NCBI GenBank assembly: GCA_019429005.1
Contig: JAHYJR010000002.1
Coordinates: forward strand, 40,752 to 104,751
Length of the DNA: 64,000 nucleotides
Direction of reading: 5' to 3'
Source of the DNA: Nanobdellati archaeon
GTDB taxonomy: Archaea > EX4484-52 > GLR71
The position numbers and the translations under genes are program-made. The notes beneath the pieces were generated by a model, which saw nothing but the letters and a program-made list of their open reading frames with translations, had not been told where the DNA came from and searched no databases. Of this stretch, positions 20,545 to 32,565 are shown piece by piece. Each line of letters begins with the position of its first letter. The first letter of the stretch is position 1.

Positions 20545-21489
20545 TCACTTCATCAAAGACAACATATGAATTCTTTTAACCATATTCGGATGAGTACTCA
20601 TCAGTTCCATAAACTTATCAGATTGTGTTATTGAGACTTTCCTATTTCTTATAGCTCTAAGTTCTCGCTCATCAATATCACCACTTCCATCAGTATCAAC
20701 TAATTTTAACTCCGTAAGTTCTCGTGATGCACGAGACGGATCATTTGCAAAAAATGCTTTCATACCCTCAACATGCTTAAGTTCTGCCTTTGAAACTCTT
20801 GCACTACCATAAACAAGTTTAAATAAAGCTGATGCAAGTGCAGTTGGCTTATTACCGAGTTCAACACTACCTAAATCTGCATAATATTCACGTACTCTTG
20901 ATGCATATAATACTATTAAATTAGTAAGTAAATAGATACCAAATGCAGCAATACCTATTGCAATAGTATTACCTCTATCCCTATCACCAGAAAACATAAA
21001 ATTCCATGCTAAATACCACGCAATCATAGGTACTACGCTTATAAGTGTTATAACAAGAACATCTCTATTCTTTATATGACTGATTTCATGCCCAATCACA
21101 GCCCTAAGCTCGTCCTCACTCAAAAGCTCAAGTATACCGTTTGTAACGCAAACTCTACTATCTGTCATCCAACGTCCAAATGCAAACGCATTAGGGATAT
21201 TCATATTTGAAATACCTACTTTTGGTTTAGGAATACCTGCTTTTTTAGATAATTCTTCAACCATTTTATGAAGCTCAGGATTTTCTGTTTTTGATACATA
21301 TTTGATTTTCATAGACCATTCGACAATTTTAGGGCCAATCATATACTGTACAAACATCATTACAGTTGCAAGAACTGCATAAAAAACAAAATTACCTATA
21401 CCTAAATAAGCACCAGCAAGAGTCATAAGCGTATATAATATTGCAAAAAGAACAGTCATTACGCCATACATTTTAAGTTGAAGCCACAT
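20545..21489 (-). CDS. htpX: Zinc metalloprotease HtpX
   Basis: PNAFAFG, GHEISH, SRVREYYAD, STHP. Confidence 0.95.
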   Translation of the reverse strand: MWLQLKMYGVMTVLFAILYTLMTLAGAYLGIGNFVFYAVLATVMMFVQYMIGPKIVEWSMKIKYVSKTENPELHKMVEELSKKAGIPKPKVGISNMNIPNAFAFGRWMTDSRVCVTNGILELLSEDELRAVIGHEISHIKNRDVLVITLISVVPMIAWYLAWNFMFSGDRDRGNTIAIGIAAFGIYLLTNLIVLYASRVREYYADLGSVELGNKPTALASALFKLVYGSARVSKAELKHVEGMKAFFANDPSRASRELTELKLVDTDGSGDIDERELRAIRNRKVSITQSDKFMELMSTHPNMVKRIHMLSLMK

Positions 21490-21589
21490 AATAATCACTA
21501 AATATTATATGAAAACATTAATTTAAAAGGTTTTCTAAAGGAAATATTTTATACAAGGATTCAAGTAATCCATTAATCCCATAAAAACA

Positions 21590-23287
21590 TCAATCAAAAT
21601 ACGCATTCAGAACATACTGCTCAACCATACGGTGCGTATTGAAGAAAGACGCATTAAAAGCAATAGCATGTTTCATTATATTCCGCCATTCTTTAGAATC
21701 ATTATAATATTTAAAAATTATATTTTCTAATTTCTTATACATATCATCAGAATCTTCATGATTTGTATTTTCTTTTGGATTTCTGCACCCAATAGACCAT
21801 CCTGTAACATTTTCAACATGACCTTCAAGCCACCAACCATCAAGAACACTTAAGCTAGGTACACCATTATGGCATGCTTTCATTCCAGACGTGCCTGATG
21901 CTTCAAGAGGACGAAGAGGTGTATTTAACCATAAATCTCCACCAGCAACTAGTATCTTTGCAGTCTCCATATTATAATTTTCAATATAAACAACTTTTAT
22001 TGAATCTTTAAGATCTGTTACTTTTAAAAATATGTTCTTTATTATATCCTTTCCTGGCTGATCATTAGGATGCGCTTTTCCAGCATAAATTATTTGAAAT
22101 GCACCAACATTTTTAGAAATATCAATCAATTTTTTAATATCTGTAAAAAGAAGATCTGCCCGTTTATATGTTGCACTCCTACGAGCAAAAACAATTGTAA
22201 ATACATCAGGATCCATACCAACATTAGTCTTTTGATTTACAAAATCAATAAGATCTTTTTTGGCATTTTCATGTGTTTCCCAAATCTTCTGTTTAGGTAT
22301 ATTTAATGCATATCGTAATGTAAATGGATCCTTTTGCCAACCAGGTATAAATCGATCATAAAGTTCTTTAAAATGTTTAGATGTCCATGTTGCTGAATGT
22401 ACACCATTTGTTATTGAATCAATCATATAACCAGGAAACATTTGTCTTGAAATTTCTCCATGCTTTTTTGCAACACCATTTATATGTTTACTATAATCAA
22501 GTGCAAGATAAGTCAAATTAAGTGCACCGTCATGAAATAAAGGTTTCATTTCATCAAAAGGTATAATTTCCCCAACTACAGATCTAACAAGATCTTCTGA
22601 AAACGTATCATGTCCAGCAGGCACAGGTGTATGTGTTGTAAAAACACATTTATTCCTCACAGCTTCTCGTAATTTATTTCCAGTATGTTTAACTCTTTTT
22701 TTCCTAAGCAATTCAAGTATAAGAAGACTTGAATGACCCTCATTCATATGATATTTTTTAATATTTGAATATCCTAATTTATCAAGAATACGAATACCGC
22801 CAATACCAAGTATAATCTCTTGACAAAGTCGATATTTATGATCGCCACCATAAAGATAATCTGTGATATGCCTATCATTCTCAGCATTTTCTTCTAAATC
22901 AGTATCAAGAAAAATTACAGGCACTTGAAATTTATTCACACCTGTTACTTTGTATTTCCATGCTGTTACAGCAACTTCTCTTCCTTCAATAGTAACATAA
23001 ATCTTTTTATTAAGTTTATTAAGCTGTTTTTCAGGTTCCCAAATCACGGGTTCTTCAGTTTGTATGCCCTGTTCATTGAGTTTTTGTAAAAAATAGCCTT
23101 TACGATACAATAATGTAATTGCGACAAGAGGTACATTCAAATCAGCACAACTTTTTATGCTATCTCCTGCAAGTATACCAAGACCGCCACTATATGTCGG
23201 TATTTTTTCATCTAAACCGATTTCCATACTAAAATATGCAATTTTTCGTTCTTTTTTAGTCAATTTGTTTTTAGAAAATCGGTCCAT
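21590..23287 (-). CDS. glgP: Alpha-glucan (glycogen/maltodextrin) phosphorylase, short form
   Basis: AYFSME, YSGGLGILAGD, HMNEGH, TTHTPVPAGHD, EASGTSGMK (PLP lysine). Confidence 0.95.
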   Translation of the reverse strand: MDRFSKNKLTKKERKIAYFSMEIGLDEKIPTYSGGLGILAGDSIKSCADLNVPLVAITLLYRKGYFLQKLNEQGIQTEEPVIWEPEKQLNKLNKKIYVTIEGREVAVTAWKYKVTGVNKFQVPVIFLDTDLEENAENDRHITDYLYGGDHKYRLCQEIILGIGGIRILDKLGYSNIKKYHMNEGHSSLLILELLRKKRVKHTGNKLREAVRNKCVFTTHTPVPAGHDTFSEDLVRSVVGEIIPFDEMKPLFHDGALNLTYLALDYSKHINGVAKKHGEISRQMFPGYMIDSITNGVHSATWTSKHFKELYDRFIPGWQKDPFTLRYALNIPKQKIWETHENAKKDLIDFVNQKTNVGMDPDVFTIVFARRSATYKRADLLFTDIKKLIDISKNVGAFQIIYAGKAHPNDQPGKDIIKNIFLKVTDLKDSIKVVYIENYNMETAKILVAGGDLWLNTPLRPLEASGTSGMKACHNGVPSLSVLDGWWLEGHVENVTGWSIGCRNPKENTNHEDSDDMYKKLENIIFKYYNDSKEWRNIMKHAIAFNASFFNTHRMVEQYVLNAYFD

Positions 23288-23369
23288 AAATAATCACACT
23301 ACTATACATATTTAGTCTTAAGGGGTATATAAAAATATGTAATCTTAACCTATATTTGAATAATATTTA

Positions 23370-23484
23370 AATAATACATTAATAATACATTAATAATACA
23401 TTAATAATACATTAATAATACATTAATAATACATTAATAATACATTAATAATACATTAATAATACATTAATAATACATTAATAA
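23370..23484. repeat. Perfect tandem array (AATAATACATT) x10
   Basis: 11-bp unit counted directly. Confidence 0.97.
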
Positions 23485-23508
23485 ATTAAATTCAATTAAA
23501 AAAACTCT

Positions 23509-23850
23509 ATGCATCTCAACGAATACTCAAAAGCTACAGGCATCAATCTTATTATAGCACTATCATTCACATCATCATATCTTATGCTTCTCGGATTATT
23601 ATTCCTAAAAGGTATTGTTAATTACATGTGGAACATATCCGCATGGACACTTATGTCAAAAATCGGTGAAAAAGAAAAAATTGAAGGTAGTGTTATTGGA
23701 GCATACGTTTCAATCGCAAAGATTGGTGCATTTCTAAGTTTTGTAGTAAGTGGTTTTATAGTCGCTTTATATGGGATACCAAGTCTGTTTATTATGAATG
23801 AATTATTGATATTGAAAGGTGTATTATTCGCATACCCCACTTATGCATAA
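23509..23850 (+). pseudogene. C-terminal fragment of an MFS transporter
   Basis: About four TM segments only; EGSVIGAYVSIAKIGAFLSFVVSGFIVALYG resembles MFS TM11-12. Confidence 0.6.
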
Positions 23851-23872
23851 TAAATTATAAAATAATCAATAA

Positions 23873-24934
23873 TTATTTTTTTCTGTTAATCATAACAGTA
23901 TGTGGGTATGGTATTTCAATTTTGGCTTTATCAAGAGCTGTTTTAATATTTTTAGTTACATCGTTTTGAATATTAATAATATCCTTTTTTAAGTCAACCC
24001 AACATCTTACTTCAAGATCAACAGAATAAGCACCATAAGCTTTCACAAGAATTTCTGTCGGCTTTTTTTCTGAAATAACACCATCTACTTTATTTACCTC
24101 TTTGATTATCGATTTAATTGCTTTTTCAACATCAGAACCATATGCTATACCAACAGGCACAGATATTCTTCTTATCGACTCTTTTGTATAATTTATCACA
24201 AGATCTGTTGTTATCATTGAATTTGGTATAATAACAAACTTATTATCAAACAATCTAATTACAGTCTTTCTCAAAGCAATATCATCAATTGTACCTATCT
24301 GATTTTGAATCTCTACTATATCACCAATTTTAAAAGGTTTGTCAATAATAATCATAAAACCGGATATCATATTTGAGACTACATCCTTTGCTGCAAAACC
24401 CACAGCAATACTTGCAATACCTGCACCTGTAATAAGGGTTGTGATTATCTCGCTAAATCCCATAATTGATAATGCTATAATTATTACAATTATATAAATA
24501 CTAGACCTAATTATAGTTTCTAATATGCTATATGTATTTTCTGAAAAATCCATTCGGAACACTTTCCTATCAAATTTCCGTACAATTTTAACAAGATAAT
24601 TTATAGTAATCTTTGCGATAAAATATAAAATTGCAAATTGATAAATCTTACTTTTAAAGGGATTCTCTATACCTATTAAAATAAAAGAAGCGTATACACC
24701 TGAAAGATATGTTATATATACTACCAAATCTTCAAAAAAATCATGAAATGTCTTTGAAAAATTAAACCATATTATTTTCTTATCAAGTTTCCTAAATATT
24801 GGTTTTAATATTCTAGCCATAAAATATGCAACAAGCATTATAATTATAACAGATGCAATAGTCGTAAGTAAATTACCTATATCATAACTATATCCTAACG
24901 CACCAACAGTATAACTAAAAGTTGTAATATTCAT
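23873..24934 (-). CDS. MscS-family mechanosensitive channel
   Basis: GFAAKDVVSNMISG, KPFKIGD, IIPNS, VGIAYGSD, IEIPYP; start moved to ATG 24934. Confidence 0.93.
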   Translation of the reverse strand: MNITTFSYTVGALGYSYDIGNLLTTIASVIIIMLVAYFMARILKPIFRKLDKKIIWFNFSKTFHDFFEDLVVYITYLSGVYASFILIGIENPFKSKIYQFAILYFIAKITINYLVKIVRKFDRKVFRMDFSENTYSILETIIRSSIYIIVIIIALSIMGFSEIITTLITGAGIASIAVGFAAKDVVSNMISGFMIIIDKPFKIGDIVEIQNQIGTIDDIALRKTVIRLFDNKFVIIPNSMITTDLVINYTKESIRRISVPVGIAYGSDVEKAIKSIIKEVNKVDGVISEKKPTEILVKAYGAYSVDLEVRCWVDLKKDIINIQNDVTKNIKTALDKAKIEIPYPHTVMINRKK

Positions 24935-25005
24935 AATATTAATATGACCCTTATAATATTTATATAATAATGGGATATTATTAAATAATAAATTAAATAA
25001 TCTCA

Positions 25006-25317
25006 CTATAACGCATATTCACAAAGTTTCTTTTCTTTAGGTGTCCTTATGTTAGAAACGTCACCTGAAACATTTTTCAAAAATAACATTTTAATCAGTT
25101 CAAGATTATAATCCGGATAATTTCCAAGTATCCATGTTTCAGTCGCTCTAATTCTAGGACTATGATAAATTATTTGAATTTTTTTATTTTTTAATTTTAT
25201 ACCTAAGTTTTGAACTTGTTTAAATCCATTCAGAGATAGATGATCATCATAGTCTCCACCATACTAATCTTCTAAATCCCCCGTTTTTTCTCCATGCCTA
25301 ATAAGATCAATATTCAT
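25006..25317 (-). pseudogene. Histidine phosphatase family relic
   Basis: MNIDLIRHGEKTGDLED*YGG..LSLNGFKQ..IYHSPRIRATET; in-frame TAG, C-terminal half missing. Confidence 0.8.
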
Positions 25318-25382
25318 TATTCTAATTTAACAAAATTTACTTAAAAAACGTTCTTATAAATTAAGACTAATAAATATCATAT

Positions 25383-25464
25383 ATAATATTAATAATATTA
25401 ATAATATTAATAATATTAATAATATTAATAATATTAATAATATTAATAATATTAATAATATTAA
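25383..25464. repeat. Perfect tandem array (ATAATATTA) x9
   Basis: 9-bp unit containing the palindrome TAATATTA. Confidence 0.97.
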
Positions 25465-25502
25465 CAAAAATCATATTTAAGTTACAAAATACAATAATAC
25501 CT

Positions 25503-26243
25503 ATGCACAAACGTTTCTATGAAATAGATGTCTTGCGAGGAATTGCAATTATCCTTATGATCTTATACCATATGGCATATGACCTTAATTATTTTGCTAG
25601 ATTCAGTTTAAACGTGCATTCAGGAACCCTTCTAGTAATTGGAAGACTTTCAGCAATAACATTCATATTTCTTGTCGGTGTCTCTCTCACTATAAGTCTC
25701 TCTAGAACACAAAAAAAACTTTCTAAAATTGATATTTATAAAAAATATATTAAAAGAGGTCTAAACATCTTTTCATTTGGATTAATAATCACTTTAATAA
25801 CATACATTTTCCTTGAAAGCGGAACAATCTATTTTGGAATACTTCATTTTATAGGCATATCAATTATATTAGCATACCCATTTTTAAAATACAAAAAACT
25901 TAATCTTGTACTTAGCATGTTTGTTATCGCGTTAGGTTTTCAAATAGAGCAATATACAATCAATTCATTATACCTTCTGCCTTTAGGTATACGACCAACA
26001 GTATTTTATTCCCTTGACTATTTCCCTTTATTCCCTTGGTTCGGTTTAATTTTATTTGGTATATTCATAGGTAATAATATTTATAAAGATGGTAAAAGAC
26101 AATTTAAACTCAAAGATTATTCAGAATACCTACAACCCTTATCCTTTATTGGCCAAAAATCACTTTTAATTTATCTTTTACATCAACCCATTTTAATTGG
26201 CCTGATTTATTTAGTTCAATATTTTCTAACTAACATTTTCTAA
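25503..26243 (+). CDS. DUF1624 / heparan-alpha-glucosaminide N-acetyltransferase-like membrane protein
   Basis: RFYEIDVLRGIAI..MILYH, FGILHFIG, DYFPLFPW, SLLIYLLHQP. Confidence 0.9.
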   Translation: MHKRFYEIDVLRGIAIILMILYHMAYDLNYFARFSLNVHSGTLLVIGRLSAITFIFLVGVSLTISLSRTQKKLSKIDIYKKYIKRGLNIFSFGLIITLITYIFLESGTIYFGILHFIGISIILAYPFLKYKKLNLVLSMFVIALGFQIEQYTINSLYLLPLGIRPTVFYSLDYFPLFPWFGLILFGIFIGNNIYKDGKRQFKLKDYSEYLQPLSFIGQKSLLIYLLHQPILIGLIYLVQYFLTNIF

Positions 26244-26353
26244 CAAAAAGATTATAAATAAAATATTATAATTAAAAAATATCAAAAATATTCAGACTTT
26301 ATCGGCCAAAGATACACACCACTTTTAAATTATTATAATCTAAAACAATTCTT

Positions 26354-28309
26354 ATGGATAAGTTCAATCTTGTATCAAAATTTGAACCTAAAGGCGACCA
26401 GATAAACGCAATCAAACAGCTTACAGAAGGTCTTAAAAAAAACCATAGATACCAGACACTTAAAGGCGTTACAGGTTCAGGAAAAACATTTACAATCGCA
26501 AATGTAATTAATAATGTAAACAGACCAACTCTTATAATAACCCACAACAAGACTCTTGCAGCACAACTCTACAACGAGTTCAAAGAATTCTTTCCAGAAA
26601 ATGCAGTTGAATATTTTGTCAGCTATTATGATTATTATCAGCCTGAAAGCTATATCCCTCAAAAAGATTTATACATCGCAAAAGATGCATCAATCAATGA
26701 TAAGATAGATAAACTTAGACTTTCAGCCACAAGGTCTCTTATGACAAGACATGATGTTATAATTGTTGCAAGCGTTTCATGTATATATGGTCTGGGATCA
26801 CCCGAAGAATACAAAAAAATGATAGTTTCAGTAAAAGTAGGAGATACAATAGATATGGATCAATTAATTGAAGGTCTATGTAATATACAATATACACGAA
26901 ATGACACAGCTTTAGAGCGAACTAAATTCCGTATAAAAGGTGACATTGTAGACATCTATTTGAGCTATGATGATATTATAGTACGAATTGACTTTTTTGG
27001 TGACACAATAGAAAAAATATCAATATTAAATCCAATAACACAACAGGTAATCAGAACTGAAAATGAAATAGTCATATTCCCTGCAAAACATTTTGTAATG
27101 CCTGAAGAAAGAACCTTAAAAGCGATAAAGACAATCAAGAAAGAACTTGAAGAACGCCTAAAGGTATTGTATGGTAATGGCGAGATTGTTGAAGCAAAAC
27201 GACTTGATCAAAGAACTAATTATGACCTTGAAATGTTAAAAGAAATTGGATATTGTTCAGGAATTGAAAACTATTCAAGACATTTTGATAACCGTAAACC
27301 TGGAAGTCCGCCATCCACACTTATAGATTTCTTTCCTGAAGATTTTATGATTGTGATAGATGAATCTCACGCCACAATGCCACAAATAAGAGGTATGTTT
27401 TTTGGTGATCATTCAAGAAAGAAAAATCTGATTGATTACGGTTTCAGATTACCTTCCGCTTTTGATAACAGACCACTTCAATTTGATGAATTTAATAAAT
27501 TCAATAAAAACACAATATTTCTGTCAGCAACACCTGCAGATTATGAAAAAGATATTTCAAAAAAAATAGTTGAACAAATTATAAGACCAACTGGCTTAGT
27601 TGACCCTGAAATTTTTATACGTTCTGCAAAAGATCAAGTACAAGACGTTAAAAAAGAAATTTTAAATGAGATTAAAAAAGGTTTTAGAGTGCTTATAACA
27701 ACACTTACAAAAAAACAATCTGAAGACCTATCTGAACATCTTGAATCTGAAGGTATAAAGACACAATACCTTCATTCAGAAATAAATACTATTGAACGTA
27801 CCGAAATTATCCGAAATCTTAGACTTGGAAAATTTGATTGCCTTGTTGGTGTAAATCTTTTAAGAGAAGGTCTTGATATTCCTGAAGTGTCACTTGTTGC
27901 TATACTTGATGCAGATAAAGAAGGATTTTTAAGAAGTAAGACATCGCTAATCCAAACCATGGGTCGTGCCTCAAGAAATAGTGAAAGTCGAGTTATACTT
28001 TATGCAGATAAAATAACAGATTCGATTAAAGCTGCAAAAGATGAAACTGAAAAACGAAGAAAGATACAGATTAAATATAATCAGAAACATAACATCGAAC
28101 CCAAAACAATCATTAGAGACGTTCAAAAAAAGATTGTTGAAGATGACATAAAAACTGAAATTGATATATCTAAAATCCCTGCATCTGAAATAGAATTCAT
28201 GATATACGAACTTGAACTTGAGATGGATAATGCAGCAGAAAATCTTGAATTTGAGAAAGCTGCAGAATTAAGAGATACACTTAAGAAGCTTAAGGAAAGA
28301 CTTGATTAA
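26354..28309 (+). CDS. uvrB: Excinuclease ABC subunit B
   Basis: GVTGSGKT, YYDYYQPE, DESH, DADKEGFLR, C-terminal UVR domain. Confidence 0.98.
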   Translation: MDKFNLVSKFEPKGDQINAIKQLTEGLKKNHRYQTLKGVTGSGKTFTIANVINNVNRPTLIITHNKTLAAQLYNEFKEFFPENAVEYFVSYYDYYQPESYIPQKDLYIAKDASINDKIDKLRLSATRSLMTRHDVIIVASVSCIYGLGSPEEYKKMIVSVKVGDTIDMDQLIEGLCNIQYTRNDTALERTKFRIKGDIVDIYLSYDDIIVRIDFFGDTIEKISILNPITQQVIRTENEIVIFPAKHFVMPEERTLKAIKTIKKELEERLKVLYGNGEIVEAKRLDQRTNYDLEMLKEIGYCSGIENYSRHFDNRKPGSPPSTLIDFFPEDFMIVIDESHATMPQIRGMFFGDHSRKKNLIDYGFRLPSAFDNRPLQFDEFNKFNKNTIFLSATPADYEKDISKKIVEQIIRPTGLVDPEIFIRSAKDQVQDVKKEILNEIKKGFRVLITTLTKKQSEDLSEHLESEGIKTQYLHSEINTIERTEIIRNLRLGKFDCLVGVNLLREGLDIPEVSLVAILDADKEGFLRSKTSLIQTMGRASRNSESRVILYADKITDSIKAAKDETEKRRKIQIKYNQKHNIEPKTIIRDVQKKIVEDDIKTEIDISKIPASEIEFMIYELELEMDNAAENLEFEKAAELRDTLKKLKERLD

Positions 28310-28412
28310 AAATAAGGTAATATACAAAGATTATACTTAATTTAATAAGATTCGAATATAAATAAATAACATTTATATTATTTTTATAATAAGCATCATA
28401 ACATTAACAATT

Positions 28413-29578
28413 ATGGTTTTAGGAATGGCACTCATAAAGAAAAAAAATACCGTTCTACACTTGATTCTTATATATTTGAATCTGTAATAAGAAAAGCTTC
28501 AGAGGAAATTAATAAAAGATATTATATAAGATATTCATTCTTATTTGGTTCAACTGTACACAGAACAGCAACAAAAAAAGATTATACTCAAAATTGAAAA
28601 GATGATAGTGATATTGATTGGATAATAGTCACAGATAAATCCGAAGATGCCGAAAATATAAATAAATATTTGAATGATTTATCTGAAAAAGAACACATAA
28701 AAATAAATGCCAATGTATATGGCGAAAAAAATATGTTTTATGATTATCTTGATGATATTATATCTAAAAAAGATGGTTGTATTGTTATAGTTCCAGATAA
28801 AAATTATCAACTACTTTCAGAAACAGCCATAAAAACCTTTTTCCAAAAACATATCAGATTACATACAGATCCAGAAATACAACAAAAAATAGATAATGTC
28901 AAAAATATTATTGGATATAATATTAAACAAGATTAAACATTCAAAAGTTATAATAAACGTCTAAGAACTCAAACACACATAATTAATAAAAAAATATTAG
29001 ATAAATATCAAAAACAACTTATAAATAGGGACACAAAAGGTACAATCAATAATGCATACCCTTGGCATCCAGCATATATTGAACTATTTGAAAAAATGAC
29101 ACGTCGCGGTAAAAAAACATTCAAAAAATCAAAACTAAATGCAAACGACCCAATCCATCGAAAAATTGTTGACATTTACCAAAAAACTGGTGGCGACACT
29201 AATAATTTACCTCTTATACAAAAACAGAATGTTGAAAATCTGAAATAACAGCGAATCGAAGATGCAAGACAAAAAAGACTTGAAGATATTGAAAATGGTT
29301 ATTCAATAAGCTCAAGATATGAATAACCACTAATAGAACCTGAAAATATTATTAAGACCTAAATCATAGAAATTGATATTGAAAAAAATCATGGATGTTA
29401 GGGTCATGGAAATTTGAATTTGCCAAATTTACCCACTTGTAAATTTAAAGTACATCAAGGTAAATCAGATCAAAGATACAGAGCATAAATAACAATGATT
29501 GATGGTGTACCCGAAATGAACTGACGATTAATCAAATTAGACAATTGTACATTAATTGATTCACTATCTAGGCCCTAA
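28413..29578 (+). pseudogene. Decayed gene with N-terminal nucleotidyltransferase (MNT-like) motif
   Basis: FLFGSTVHR...N*KDDSDIDWIIV; the same frame continues through several stops to about 29578. Confidence 0.55.
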
Positions 29579-29591
29579 AGGCCACTTAAGA

Positions 29592-29632
29592 CATAACCCT
29601 TTATAAAATAATTCATCAAATATAGGGTTATG
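29592..29632 (+). promoter_or_regulatory. uvrA promoter region: TTTATAAA box flanked by inverted repeat CATAACCCT / AGGGTTATG
   Basis: Perfect 9-bp inverted repeat; the right arm includes the uvrA ATG. Confidence 0.45.
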
Positions 29633-32500
29633 AAAAAAACACCTAGTTCTAAAAAACTTGAAAATAAAACAATCTCAAGAGGAGACATAGTAATAAAAGG
29701 CGCACGAGAACATAATCTAAAAAATATAAATCTAACACTCCCACGAGATAAATTAATAGTTATAACGGGTCTTTCGGGTTCCGGAAAATCATCTCTTGCA
29801 TTTGATACAATCTATGCTGAAGGACAAAGACGTTATGTTGAATCTCTTTCAGCATATGCAAGACAATTTCTTGGATTAATGAACAAACCAGACATTGATT
29901 CAATTGACGGACTTTCACCAGCAATTTCAATAGAACAAAAAACTACAAGCAAAAACCCAAGATCAACAGTAGGTACAGTAACTGAAATCTATGATTACTT
30001 AAGACTTCTTTATGCAAGAATTGGAATACCTCACTGTCCAAAATGTGGTGACAAGATTGAAAAACAAACAGCTGATGAAATAGTTCAAAAGGTTCTTAAA
30101 TTTCCAAAAAGTTCAAAAATTCTTATAATCTCACCTGTTATAAGAAAACGAAAAGGTGAATATAGTAAATTTATTGCAGATCTAGGCAAAAAAGGATATC
30201 AACGTATCCGAATTGATGGTGATTTTTGTAATGTTACAGATGATTTCTTGCTTGATAAACAAATAAAACATGATATTGATATTGTAGTTGATAGATTAAT
30301 AATAAGAGATGGTATGAAAACAAGACTTCAAAGTGCAATTGAAGCAGCTTTAAGTGAATCAAAAGGTCTTGTAATAATCAGGATAGAATCTGAAAAAAAT
30401 AATGAAGAAATACTTTTTAGCCAAAATTTTGCTTGTGTTAAATGCGATATAAATCTTTCAGAATTTACACCAAGAATGTTTTCTTTCAATAATCCATTTG
30501 GTGCATGTCCATCATGCCATGGTCTTGGAGTAAAACTAGAAATTAATCAAGATCTAATAATACCAAACAAAGAACTTTCAATTGCACAAGGAGCTATTGC
30601 ACCTTGGAGCAAACATTTCAAAAGTTTCTATATGCAACGTCTTAATTCAATTGCAGAAAATTATGGCTTTGATATATACACACCAGTAAAAGATATGACA
30701 CAAGAACAGATAGATATCGTTATGCATGGTTCAGGCGAAAAAAAGATAAAAACCAGATATGAACATAAACATTCAGAAGGTCACTGGGAAACATTTACAA
30801 CATATGAAGGCGTAATTAATAACCTGAAAAGATTGCATAGAGAAACAAAATCAGAATATAGACGAAAAGATATTGAAAGCTATATGCAAGAAACACCTTG
30901 TCATTCATGTAATGGAAAACGTCTTAAACAAGAAGTACTTTCAGTAACTATTGCAAACAAATCAATATCTGAGGTTACAGATATGTCTATTACCGAAGCT
31001 AAAGACTTTTTTACAAATATTAAACTAACAAAACAAGAACAGATAATATCAAAACTAATCTTAAAAGAAACCAAAGAACGACTTAATTTTCTTATAAATG
31101 TAGGTCTTGAATATCTTACGTTATCAAGATCAAGCGGCACATTATCTGGTGGAGAATCACAGAGAATTAGACTTGCAACACAAATTGGTGCAAACTTAAT
31201 GGGTGTCTTATACATTCTTGATGAACCTAGTATTGGTCTTCATCAAAGAGATAATATGAGACTTATTAGCACATTAAAAAAATTAAGAGACCTTGGAAAT
31301 ACATTGATTGTTGTTGAACATGATTCCGAAACAATATTAAATTCAGATTATGTCGTTGATATAGGTCCTGGTGCAGGCGTTCATGGAGGTTATATCGTTT
31401 CAAGTGGTACACCACAAGAGCTTATGAACGACCCGAAATCAATAACAGGACACTATTTAAGTGGAAAAAAGAAAATATCAGTACCAAAAATAAGAAAACA
31501 ATCAAACGGACATTATATTGAAATTAAAGGTGCAAATGAAAACAATCTAAAAAATATTGACATCTCACTACCTCTTGGTATTTTAACCTGTATCACTGGT
31601 GTTTCAGGATCTGGAAAATCAACGTTAATAAATGAAACCATGTATAAAGCATTAAAAAATCAAATTTATAGTTCACGAGAACACACAGGAGAATTTAAAA
31701 GTATTACTGGTTTTGAACATATTGATAAAGTCATAAACATAGATCAATCACCCATAGGTAGAACACCACGATCAAATCCTGCAACATATACAAAAGTCTT
31801 TGATGAAATTAGACAACTTTTTGCAACAACTAAAGAAGCAAAAAAACGAGGTTATCTGAAAGGAAGATTCAGTTTTAATGTGCGTGGTGGAAGATGTGAT
31901 GCTTGTGACGGTGATGGATTAATTAAGATTGAAATGCACTTTTTACCTGACATATATGTTGAATGCGAAGTCTGTAAAGGTAAAAGATATAACAGCGAAA
32001 CATTAGAAGTCAAATACAAAGATAATAATATTGCAGACATTCTTGATATGACAGTTGAAGATGGACTGATATTCTTTGAAAATATTCCAAAAATAAAAAT
32101 TAAAATGAAAACTCTTAACGATGTAGGTCTTGGTTATATAAAACTAGGTCAGTCTGCAACAACACTTTCGGGTGGCGAAGCACAAAGAATCAAACTTGCA
32201 AGCGAACTCTCAAAAAGATCAACCGGAAAAACATTATATCTTCTTGATGAACCTACAACAGGATTACATACTGCAGATATAGAAAAACTTCTTACAATAC
32301 TTGACAAATTAAAAATGAGTGGAAACACAATAGTTGTCATTGAACATAATCTTGATGTAATAAAATATGCAGATTATATAATTGATCTTGGTCCTGAAGG
32401 TGGTGATAAAGGTGGCGAAATCATAGCTGAAGGCACACCAGAAGAAGTCGCAAAAGTGAAAAAATCTTATACAGGACAGTATCTTAAAAAAATACTTTAA
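29630..32500 (+). CDS. uvrA: Excinuclease ABC subunit A
   Basis: Two ABC domains ([21 protein letters not shown] x2) and Zn fingers. Confidence 0.98.
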   Translation: MKKTPSSKKLENKTISRGDIVIKGAREHNLKNINLTLPRDKLIVITGLSGSGKSSLAFDTIYAEGQRRYVESLSAYARQFLGLMNKPDIDSIDGLSPAISIEQKTTSKNPRSTVGTVTEIYDYLRLLYARIGIPHCPKCGDKIEKQTADEIVQKVLKFPKSSKILIISPVIRKRKGEYSKFIADLGKKGYQRIRIDGDFCNVTDDFLLDKQIKHDIDIVVDRLIIRDGMKTRLQSAIEAALSESKGLVIIRIESEKNNEEILFSQNFACVKCDINLSEFTPRMFSFNNPFGACPSCHGLGVKLEINQDLIIPNKELSIAQGAIAPWSKHFKSFYMQRLNSIAENYGFDIYTPVKDMTQEQIDIVMHGSGEKKIKTRYEHKHSEGHWETFTTYEGVINNLKRLHRETKSEYRRKDIESYMQETPCHSCNGKRLKQEVLSVTIANKSISEVTDMSITEAKDFFTNIKLTKQEQIISKLILKETKERLNFLINVGLEYLTLSRSSGTLSGGESQRIRLATQIGANLMGVLYILDEPSIGLHQRDNMRLISTLKKLRDLGNTLIVVEHDSETILNSDYVVDIGPGAGVHGGYIVSSGTPQELMNDPKSITGHYLSGKKKISVPKIRKQSNGHYIEIKGANENNLKNIDISLPLGILTCITGVSGSGKSTLINETMYKALKNQIYSSREHTGEFKSITGFEHIDKVINIDQSPIGRTPRSNPATYTKVFDEIRQLFATTKEAKKRGYLKGRFSFNVRGGRCDACDGDGLIKIEMHFLPDIYVECEVCKGKRYNSETLEVKYKDNNIADILDMTVEDGLIFFENIPKIKIKMKTLNDVGLGYIKLGQSATTLSGGEAQRIKLASELSKRSTGKTLYLLDEPTTGLHTADIEKLLTILDKLKMSGNTIVVIEHNLDVIKYADYIIDLGPEGGDKGGEIIAEGTPEEVAKVKKSYTGQYLKKIL

Positions 32501-32565
32501 CACATTTATATAACCAAAAATTTATTTACGGCAAGATATTTATATCTTTAATAATCATAATTCTT

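Noticed and set aside
24935-25006. GTG-start extension of MscS
   Set aside because: AT-rich promoter-like sequence; ATG 24934 is more plausible.
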